Of a stretch of 42,968 bases of DNA, positions 36,501-42,968 are shown piece by piece. Positions within the stretch are counted from its first letter, which is position 1. Every line of letters begins with the position of its first letter. Source of the DNA: Burkholderiales bacterium (GTDB lineage Bacteria > Pseudomonadota > Gammaproteobacteria > Burkholderiales > Burkholderiaceae_C); assembly GCA_031378565.1 (NCBI GenBank), contig JANNEI010000056.1, positions 1 through 42,968 of the forward strand, in the 5' to 3' direction. Position numbers and translations under genes: made by a program. Below the pieces are notes generated by a model. The model saw only the letters and a list, made by a program, of their open reading frames with translations, ran no database searches and was not told where the DNA came from.

Positions 36501-36580
36501 GTCGGAGGAAGGAGAGACCGGCAGCGTCGGACTGAAAAAGTCGTGGCGTGGTGCGTCTCTCAAAATGCTGGATGAGAAAG

Positions 36581-36596
36581 CTGGATGAATATACAG
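36581..36596 (-). promoter_or_regulatory. LexA (SOS) box
   Basis: The minus strand reads CTGTATATTCATCCAG, matching CTGT-N8-ACAG-type CTGTATATATATACAG at 13/16 with a perfect left half. It lies 81-96 nt upstream of the radical SAM ATG. Confidence 0.55.
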
Positions 36597-36720
36597 CAGC
36601 CCGCATTCTGCCCCGTCCCGCGGTGGTATCACCAGACACCGCGCCGCTGGGCGTTCGGCCGGGGAGGCAACCCTGCCCGAGACGCCAGCAACGTCTAGTC
36701 TTCCGCCCTCGGCGCCTCGA

Positions 36721-36927
36721 CTATCGTGTCTTCTTCTTCCTGGTCACGGGCTTGGGCGGCTTGCCAGTCCAGAAGTCCACCACCTGCTTGGCGATGTCTG
36801 CCTGCGTCGCAGCCACCTCGCGTTTGGCGCTCGCCATCACTTGTCCACGCGCCGACCCAGCGGCCTTGTTCGCGGCGCTGAGCCACATGCTCATCAGCGG
36901 GTTCTTCTTGGTCCAGGGATTGCCCAT
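36721..36927 (-). CDS. Small basic hypothetical protein (68 aa)
   Basis: GGAGG lies 4 nt before ATG 36927. MGNPWTKKNPLMSMWLSAANKAAG...KPPKPVTRKKKTR. I recognise no family. Confidence 0.5.
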   Translation of the reverse strand: MGNPWTKKNPLMSMWLSAANKAAGSARGQVMASAKREVAATQADIAKQVVDFWTGKPPKPVTRKKKTR

Positions 36928-37045
36928 GCTGCCTCCGGTTCGCCTGCTCGGCGTGAAGGGGAAAGCTTGACTGCACCTGCCGCGCTTGCGCCTCGGCAGC
37001 AGCCACATTCAACTGTCATCCATGTCCTACGCCATCTGGCGTCGA

Positions 37046-37747
37046 TTACGGAGGGTGACCCGTTTCGTCGTTGCACGGTTGCTGTGCTCGAGCCGCTTCG
37101 CGTTCAAGGTGCGCCCGCTGGCACATCGATTCCAGCTGTGCTTCCGAGTCTCCGACAACGTAGTCGATCGGTTTGAAGCTGCCATTGTTGGAGCCTTCGG
37201 CGGAACACGCAGTCAACCCGCAGAGCAAGTCCATTTCGGCCCTGAGCTCGATCCAGTCGCCTGCTCTTGATCTCGGAACGCCCACTTTGACCCGCCCCGC
37301 CGCATTCACCTCGACTTCCATGAAGATGTTGAACGTGGTGTGAATTTGCGATGGGCGCACGCCGAACGGCGCAAGGCTGGTCGCCAGATTCTCGAAACAG
37401 CTGGGGTGGTGGCCCTTGCAGCCGTAAAGAATCTCGAACATCTCCTGACTGCACGGCGTCAGCAGGAAGTCGTGCCGCCCGACGGTGTCGCCGAGTATCG
37501 TGAACATCGGTCGGCTGTCGTTGCTGTACAGCGTGTCGCCGGTGCTGAGCGTGGTCTTGCCCGCATAGTCGATCGACCTTCCCGACGACAGCCACCGGTC
37601 GGTGTTGCCCGCCTCGAAGGCAAACAGATCCGATACCTGTTCGCCCTGCGGATCGATCACGCGCAACACCTGACCCTTGCGCAATTTGAAGGCACAACCG
37701 CTCTGCGGCGCGATGCGCTGGAGGGCTGGAGTTGAAGGCTCGTGCAT
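37046..37747 (-). CDS. DUF1989 / urea-carboxylase-associated family protein
   Basis: MHEPSTPALQRIAPQSGCAFKLRKGQVLRVIDPQGEQVSDLFAF, HDFLLTPCS, RAEMDLLCGLTACSAEGSNNG. Confidence 0.75.
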   Translation of the reverse strand: MHEPSTPALQRIAPQSGCAFKLRKGQVLRVIDPQGEQVSDLFAFEAGNTDRWLSSGRSIDYAGKTTLSTGDTLYSNDSRPMFTILGDTVGRHDFLLTPCSQEMFEILYGCKGHHPSCFENLATSLAPFGVRPSQIHTTFNIFMEVEVNAAGRVKVGVPRSRAGDWIELRAEMDLLCGLTACSAEGSNNGSFKPIDYVVGDSEAQLESMCQRAHLEREAARAQQPCNDETGHPP

Positions 37748-38051
37748 TGGAAATTCACATGCGGTGCTGACGGCCCCCCAATCTATCCACGGTTTCCATG
37801 CCGACCAGCGGCCAGAACCGACTGTTGACGTAGGAAACAGCGCCATGCGCGTACGTCAAAAAGCACAGGCGTGCGAGCCCACGTGCAATCGTGCCATCGT
37901 CCTACGAGCGACACGCCGTGCCCACCGGACACTCGCCCGCATGCTGTTCCCATCCCCGCACAACCGCCCTCCAGTTTCCCGCAACGCGCAGGCATCTGCG
38001 CTTCACCGCCACTTGTTGGAAAGCTGTCCCCGCACCGCCACGAGCCACTAC

Positions 38052-38762
38052 ATGGACCCATCCGGTGTGCGGCTGCGCTATCCGAAGCGCCCGGGCGATC
38101 AGCCGGACGAGACGGACCGGCAGGCCGTCGACGCACTTCGCGCGCACGTGCTCGACGCCGACTACCCGTGCCTGATGTCCCGGTCGGTCTTCAACCGCGA
38201 CGCATTCCGCCTGTCGACCTACGGTGAACTCGGCCATGCCGACAACGCCGCGCTGCTGTGCGATGACCTGTACGCGTTTTGCGCTGAGTTTCCTGCGCCG
38301 GTTCAGGGCGCGGTCTCGTTCATTGCATGCTTCGGCGGCGCAATGCCCGGGAACGAGATCGATTTCGAGATCGCGCTCTGGAGGCAGTTACAGGCAATCC
38401 ACGACGTGGACAGGCGTCGTTTCAGTTGGTGCGCCGAGGTCGACTGCACGCCCGACAGCCCGAAGTTTTCCTTCAGCGTGGGCGGCAGGGCGTTCTTCAT
38501 CATCGGCATGCATCCGCAGGCGTCGCGCCTGGCGCGCCGAACGCCGATGCCGGCCATCGTCTTCAACCTGCACGAGCAGTTTGTCGAACTTCGAGCCAGC
38601 GGCAAATTCGATGGCGTGCGAGACAAGGTTCAGGCCCGCGACAAACTGCTGCAAGGTTCGATCAATCCGATGGCTGCAGACTTCGGCGAGCGCTCGGAAG
38701 TGGCACAGTATTCGGGTCGCTCGGTGGGCACCGACTGGGTGTGCCCGTTCAACCCCGCATGA
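38052..38762 (+). CDS. YqcI/YcgG family protein
   Basis: YPCLMSRSVFN, SFIACFGG, FSFSVGGRAFFIIGMHPQASRLARR, IVFNLHEQF. Alternative ATG at 37941. Confidence 0.75.
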   Translation: MDPSGVRLRYPKRPGDQPDETDRQAVDALRAHVLDADYPCLMSRSVFNRDAFRLSTYGELGHADNAALLCDDLYAFCAEFPAPVQGAVSFIACFGGAMPGNEIDFEIALWRQLQAIHDVDRRRFSWCAEVDCTPDSPKFSFSVGGRAFFIIGMHPQASRLARRTPMPAIVFNLHEQFVELRASGKFDGVRDKVQARDKLLQGSINPMAADFGERSEVAQYSGRSVGTDWVCPFNPA

Positions 38763-39865
38763 AGTGCAAAAGCGCGATGTCACCGATCGTTGAAAAACTC
38801 TCAGCGCTGATCGCCGAACATGGCTGGCAAGCAGCGTTCGCAGCCGCCATCGAGAGCACCGCACAGCAACGGGTGGCCAGCCTGGCCCACATCACAACCG
38901 TCGACGACTATCTCCGGTTCATCGACGAAATGGTGCGATGGGCACCGCGCGAATCCGGCGACTCACGCATGGTCCACGACAAGCTGGTGGAGTTTTATTT
39001 CGTCCTCGATCAGCCTGCGCTGCGATCGCTGCAATCACCCGTAACGCCGGCACCGGACGCCACTGAGCTGTCGCCGCTTTCGCAGTGGATCGTCGAGTAC
39101 GCAGCCGCTTGGGGCGATTACCTGGACACGGCAAGCTCGGCGGCCCATGTCGAAACGTTCCGGAGCAACCCGGCGTTTCGCTGGAACGACTACATGCCGC
39201 CGCCGAGCGGGTACAAGACGTTCAACCAGTTTTTTGCGCGGCACGTCAAGCCTGGTTACCGGCCGATTGCCGAACCGCAATCCGACCAGGTGATCGTCTC
39301 GCCTGCCGATGCCGTGTTAATAGGCCAATGGCGTATCGCACCCGACGCGACCATCGACGTGAAGGGCATGCGCTGGTCGATCGACCAGTTGCTGGACGGC
39401 AGCCCCCATGCCACGCTTTTCTCAGGCGGAACCTTCATGCACGTCGCGCTGCGGACGTTCGACTACCACCGCTTTCATTCACCGCTCTCAGGGACGGTGG
39501 TCGAAGCTCGCATCGTTCGCGGCCAGGCGCTGCTCGACGTCATCGCGACCGAGGGAGACGCCGGCATCAAGCGGTTGACGGCGGTGGAAGGCACGGGATA
39601 CCAGTTCGTTCAGATGCGTGGCCTCGTGGTGCTCGACACACCTTCCGGGATGGTGGCCTGCTTGCCGGTCGGGATGGGGCAGGTGTCATCGGTAGTGATC
39701 ACCGCAGAAGCCGGCAAGAGCCTGCGCAAGGGCGAGGAGATCGGCTACTTCCAGTTCGGCGGCTCCGACTTCGTGATGCTCTTCCAACGCAAGGCCAACA
39801 TGACGCTGACTTGCTCAAATGGAGCGCACTGTCTTCAGGGCAGCCAAGTGGGGCAGTGCGAGTAG
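38759..39865 (+). CDS. Phosphatidylserine-decarboxylase-family (pyruvoyl) decarboxylase with N-terminal PSDC-like domain
   Basis: FNQFFARHVKPGYRPIA, SPADAV, FDYHRFHSPLSG, GYFQFGGSDFVMLF (G-S self-cleavage-type motif). The ATG overlaps the YcgG stop (ATGA). Confidence 0.8.
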   Translation: MKCKSAMSPIVEKLSALIAEHGWQAAFAAAIESTAQQRVASLAHITTVDDYLRFIDEMVRWAPRESGDSRMVHDKLVEFYFVLDQPALRSLQSPVTPAPDATELSPLSQWIVEYAAAWGDYLDTASSAAHVETFRSNPAFRWNDYMPPPSGYKTFNQFFARHVKPGYRPIAEPQSDQVIVSPADAVLIGQWRIAPDATIDVKGMRWSIDQLLDGSPHATLFSGGTFMHVALRTFDYHRFHSPLSGTVVEARIVRGQALLDVIATEGDAGIKRLTAVEGTGYQFVQMRGLVVLDTPSGMVACLPVGMGQVSSVVITAEAGKSLRKGEEIGYFQFGGSDFVMLFQRKANMTLTCSNGAHCLQGSQVGQCE

Positions 39866-39875
39866 CAAGCTCCGG

Positions 39876-40952
39876 TCAACGCAACCGCCACGCCGTTGCA
39901 GCGCGTCTGCGCAACAACACCGGAACCACGAATCGAAGCACCAGTACGGCGGCCAGCCCGGCCCCAAAACCGGCCACCGCCGGGTTTTGCTGTGGCGCGG
40001 ACCGCAGCGCAACGGTGTCGGAGGGTGCCACTGCGCGCTGCGGAATCGGCGGGACTTGCGCCACGGCCTCGACAACAGGTGAACCGGCGACATCCTGCAT
40101 CGAACCAAACGTGCGCGCGTAGACCCAGGTGAACTCGGCGCCCATCAGGAAGATCTGCGCCGAGTAGTACACCCACACGAGCACGACGATGATCGAGCCG
40201 GCCGCGCCGAAGCCCGAGGCGATGCCGCTGGTGCCGATGTACAGCCCGATCAGTGTCTTGCCGCCGGTGAACAGCAGCGAGGTCACCAGCGCGCCCAGCC
40301 ACACGTCGCCCCAGCGAATCTTCACGCGGGGCATGAACTTGTAGATGAATGCGAACACCGCCATCGTCATCGCGAAACCGATGAACGCGTTGGCGACCTG
40401 TGCCAGCACCTCCCAACCGCCAAAAAAGCCTCCCCACCATTTGCCCAGGGCCGCCATCACCGCGCCGAGCACGAGCGAAACCATCAGCAGAAAGGCGATG
40501 CCGAAGATCATGCCGAACGACAGCAGCCGCGCCCGGGCCAGGCTCCACCAGCCGCTGGCTTTGGCGCGCATCGGAGCGCGCCAAATGCGGTCGAGCGCAT
40601 CTTGGAGTTCGCCGAAAACCGAGGTGGCGCCGACCAACAGAAACACGATACCGACGACCGTGGCGGCAATGCTTTCGAACGGTTGGCTGACGCTTGCCAG
40701 CAGGCCTTCCACCGCCTTCGCGGCATCGTCTCCCATCAAGCCGCGCAGCTGGCCGAAAATCTCACCTCGGGCTGCGTCGGGGCCGAACACCAGCCCGGCG
40801 ATGGCAATCACGATCAGCAGCAGCGGTGCCAGGGAGAACACCGTGTAGTACGACAACGCCGCACCCATGCTGGGCGCGTAGTCGTCCACCCACGCGGAAG
40901 CCGCGCCCTTGACCAGAACCCACACCTCCAGAAGTGACGGTCGTTGACTCAC
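39876..40952 (-). CDS. YihY/BrkB family membrane protein
   Basis: GAALSYYTVFSLAPLLLIVIAI and multiple TM segments. GTG start. Confidence 0.85.
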   Translation of the reverse strand: MSQRPSLLEVWVLVKGAASAWVDDYAPSMGAALSYYTVFSLAPLLLIVIAIAGLVFGPDAARGEIFGQLRGLMGDDAAKAVEGLLASVSQPFESIAATVVGIVFLLVGATSVFGELQDALDRIWRAPMRAKASGWWSLARARLLSFGMIFGIAFLLMVSLVLGAVMAALGKWWGGFFGGWEVLAQVANAFIGFAMTMAVFAFIYKFMPRVKIRWGDVWLGALVTSLLFTGGKTLIGLYIGTSGIASGFGAAGSIIVVLVWVYYSAQIFLMGAEFTWVYARTFGSMQDVAGSPVVEAVAQVPPIPQRAVAPSDTVALRSAPQQNPAVAGFGAGLAAVLVLRFVVPVLLRRRAATAWRLR

Positions 40953-40974
40953 GGGTTTGTCATTTCTTGTGCGA

Positions 40975-41029
40975 ACCGCAAAATTGCAACGCCCCGTTCA
41001 GCCACCGAACCGGGTGGGCGAACGGGGCG
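40975..41029 (-). terminator. Rho-independent terminator after the GlsB-like gene
   Basis: Imperfect 17-bp hairpin, CGCCCCGTTCGCCCACC-cggttc-GGTGGCTGAACGGGGCG on the minus strand, followed by TTGCAATTTTGC. Confidence 0.55.
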
Positions 41030-41099
41030 AACCCGCGGCTGACGTCGACTTCAGTCCCTTGATGGCCGCGTGTGCCACCCCATTGCGGGGTGATTGGTG

Positions 41100-41369
41100 T
41101 CAGCGTGCCGAGCCGCGGCGAACCAGGTTGACGACCGCCAGAAGGATGGCCGCACCGACGAACGAAACGAGCATCGCGGGCAGGCTGAAGTTGTCCTGAT
41201 TGATCGTTCCGACTCCAACCAGCGGAGAAATCAACCAGCCACCGAGCATGGCCCCGACGATGCCGACGATGACGTTGAGAAAAATGCCTTGCTGACCATC
41301 GGTCTTCATGACGATGCTGGCAAGCCAGCCGATGACGCCGCCGATCACAAGCCAAATGATGAAATTCAT
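41100..41369 (-). CDS. GlsB/YeaQ/YmgE family stress-response membrane protein
   Basis: MNFIIWLVIGGVIGWLASIVM...IVGIVGAMLGGWL. GGAG lies 9 nt upstream. Confidence 0.85.
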   Translation of the reverse strand: MNFIIWLVIGGVIGWLASIVMKTDGQQGIFLNVIVGIVGAMLGGWLISPLVGVGTINQDNFSLPAMLVSFVGAAILLAVVNLVRRGSAR

Positions 41370-41654
41370 GATGTGTTTCTCCGTTGGAAAAAGATGAAAG
41401 GGAGTGCTGCTGCGTGTCCACCACCAATGCTGGCAATGTGAGAAGAAGCTTATGGATGCAAAGGTGGTGACGCCAGTCCGAAACTTCGCGTCGATGTGCC
41501 TCGAAACGCGCCGAACGCTTGTCGGACGCTGCCTACGTCAGAACGGGGACGACTGTGTGTGCGGCACAGGCACGCTGGACAAGCGCCTCTTGCTCTGAAG
41601 GGGCCGGCCGGCCTGAATTCTGTTGCCAGGGCGGTGATCCGAACTCCAGGAACG

Positions 41655-41697
41655 ACAAAAGGGTCAGCTCGCGTTAACGTGCTGACCCTCGTCTTTT
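41655..41697 (-). terminator. Terminator directly after tRNA-Arg (hairpin flanked by A- and T-tracts, potentially bidirectional)
   Basis: GGGTCAGC-N12-GCTGACCC. On the minus strand it is followed by CTTTTGTCG, on the plus strand by TCGTCTTTTAT. Confidence 0.6.
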
Positions 41698-41698
41698 A

Positions 41699-41775
41699 TG
41701 GTGCGGCTGGCAGGAATTGAACCCACGACCCCTTGGTTCGTAGCCAAGTACTCTATCCAACTGAGCTACAGCCGC
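41699..41775 (-). tRNA. tRNA-Arg (anticodon ACG)
   Basis: Hand-folded 77-nt cloverleaf. Acceptor GCGGCTG/CAGCCGC, D-arm GCTC-AGTTGGATA-GAGT, anticodon arm CTTGG-CTACGAA-CCAAG, T-arm GTGGG-TTCAATT-CCTGC (two G-U pairs), discriminator A and encoded CCA. Confidence 0.85.
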
Positions 41776-41810
41776 GAAGCTTCAAATTATAGCAGCGTGC
41801 ACGGTCGGCA

Positions 41811-42968
41811 TCACACGATGCGCGCGGCCTGCTCGTAGCAATGCGACGCTCGCGTTGCGTCGCCCTCCTCATCGGCAATGCGGGCCAGCGTGAGGCAGGC
41901 ACGGCGGCGGGCTGCTGCCGCCAGGGCGGTGTCGGCTGCGGCAGTCTCCAGCAGCACCCGCGCCTTGCCCCACAACTGGCGCTCGGCCAGTGCGCTGCCC
42001 ACGGCATGGCTGATGGCGCTTTCACGCGGATAGGCTTGTGCCGCCGCCTCCAGTCGAGGCAGCCACTCCAGACCCAGGCCCGGCAGCGCATTCACCAGGC
42101 CACCTGCCAGGGCAGCGCGCTCATCCGGCCCCAGGTCGCCCAGCCGATCCCAGAACGGACGCAACCAGGCTCGGCCCTCGTCGGGCTGGCCCATCTCAGC
42201 GGCGCGCGTGGCGGCCCGCGCCGCGACGAACGCATCGCGCCGGTCGGCGTTGTCGAACTGAAGCCAGATGCGCCGCAGTTGGTCGGCATCGCGCGCGGTG
42301 TCGAGCGACTCGAAGGCCAACGAACGCAGCAGGCCGAGCGCGGCCACTTTCGAGAAGCCCTGGTGCTTGGCCAGCAGGCGTGCGGTTTTCAGCGCCTCTT
42401 GCGGCTGCTGCCCCAGGCGCGTGGCCTGCAGCTTCAGACGCAGCGCATGCGTGCGGCGGGCCACACCGGGCGGCAGATCGGCCAGCAGTTGCAGGCTGCG
42501 CGCGGCGTCGCGGTCGTCGAGCGCCCATTCCGCGGCCAACAGTCGCGCGCCTTCCTCGGCCGACCGGGCCGACGCCCTGCGCTCGGTGAGCAGCAGCGCA
42601 CGCGCCAGTTGTTCGTCTCGCAGCGCACGGTCTTGCAGGCGGTGTGCGCTGCCGGCCGACAGCAGCAGGCCGAGCACCGTGAACTGGTTGTCTTGCGCCA
42701 GGTCGGGCGTGTCGGACTGGATCGCCAGGGCGCGCGCCGCCGCGCTCTGCGCCCGGCTGTAACGCCCACCGAAGTACTGGGCCAGTGCGTCGCGCAGCGC
42801 CGCCTGCGCGGTGCGGTCACGCCGGGCAACCCGCCATGCGCGTGCGCGTTGCGGCAAGCCGGTCAGCGCGTTGACGGCCTGGATCAGCGTGACCAGCAGG
42901 AAGCAGGTGCCGACCAGCATCAGCAAGAACAGGTTCAGCGACATGTCGAGTCGCCACGCACCGGAATA
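41811..42968 (-). CDS. hemY: HemY-like protein (N-terminus probably beyond the window end)
   Basis: HemY_N-like LPQRARAWRVARRDRTAQAALRDALAQYFGGRYSRAQ followed by an Ala/Arg-rich TPR-like region. The frame stays open (YSGAWRLD) from the first ATG to base 42968. Confidence 0.7.
   Translation of the reverse strand, partial: YSGAWRLDMSLNLFLLMLVGTCFLLVTLIQAVNALTGLPQRARAWRVARRDRTAQAALRDALAQYFGGRYSRAQSAAARALAIQSDTPDLAQDNQFTVLGLLLSAGSAHRLQDRALRDEQLARALLLTERRASARSAEEGARLLAAEWALDDRDAARSLQLLADLPPGVARRTHALRLKLQATRLGQQPQEALKTARLLAKHQGFSKVAALGLLRSLAFESLDTARDADQLRRIWLQFDNADRRDAFVAARAATRAAEMGQPDEGRAWLRPFWDRLGDLGPDERAALAGGLVNALPGLGLEWLPRLEAAAQAYPRESAISHAVGSALAERQLWGKARVLLETAAADTALAAAARRRACLTLARIADEEGDATRASHCYEQAARIV

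Noticed and set aside
41699-41775. tRNA-Arg as the attachment site of a genomic island covering the accessory genes to its left.
   Set aside because: No integrase, no recognisable direct repeat of the tRNA 3' end, and no mobility genes were seen anywhere in the window. The adjacent genes (glsB-like, yihY) look like ordinary chromosomal genes with host-like composition.
1-42968. CRISPR arrays, IS elements/transposases, prophage genes, rRNA.
   Set aside because: Reading both strands showed no regularly spaced repeats, terminal inverted repeats with transposase ORFs, phage-like genes or rRNA-like sequence. This was a visual scan only and is not exhaustive.

Overview
High-GC (about 65% in the flanks) proteobacterial DNA, with Burkholderiales-like codon usage by inference. 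The window is dominated by an XrtA (exosortase A) / PEP-CTERM exopolysaccharide locus. Bases 1-16847 form one tightly packed minus-strand operon. It encodes an EpsE-like exporter, a chain-length determinant, a BY-kinase, an outer-membrane protein, an ExeA-like ATPase, a deacetylase, a FemAB-like protein, an XrtA-EpsI fusion, and three GT4 glycosyltransferases interleaved with two AsnB-type amidotransferases. Upstream on the same strand lie a PEP-CTERM substrate gene with a near-consensus sigma-54 promoter, then prsK. prsR-prsT sit about 9-12 kb further on. Between them is an accessory block. It holds a LigT-like 2H phosphoesterase, the priming sugar transferase and a Tat-motif Cys/Ser/Thr-rich protein. 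It also holds a PqqD-like / HprK-related kinase / nucleotidyltransferase cassette, an AT-rich FeeM-like N-acyl amino acid synthase, and an unfused ThiF-like E1 plus tandem nitroreductase pair. I consider this 23.2-29.3 kb block the best candidate for an uncharacterised peptide/protein-tailoring system tied to exosortase sorting. The right part carries a radical-SAM / UDG-fusion DNA-repair pair preceded by an SOS box, and a DUF1989 gene. It also carries a translationally coupled YqcI/YcgG + PSD-like decarboxylase pair, yihY, a GlsB/YeaQ/YmgE gene, tRNA-Arg(ACG) and a partial hemY. No CRISPR array, IS element, integrase or rRNA was seen. All family assignments rest on motif recognition by eye. 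No searches were run.
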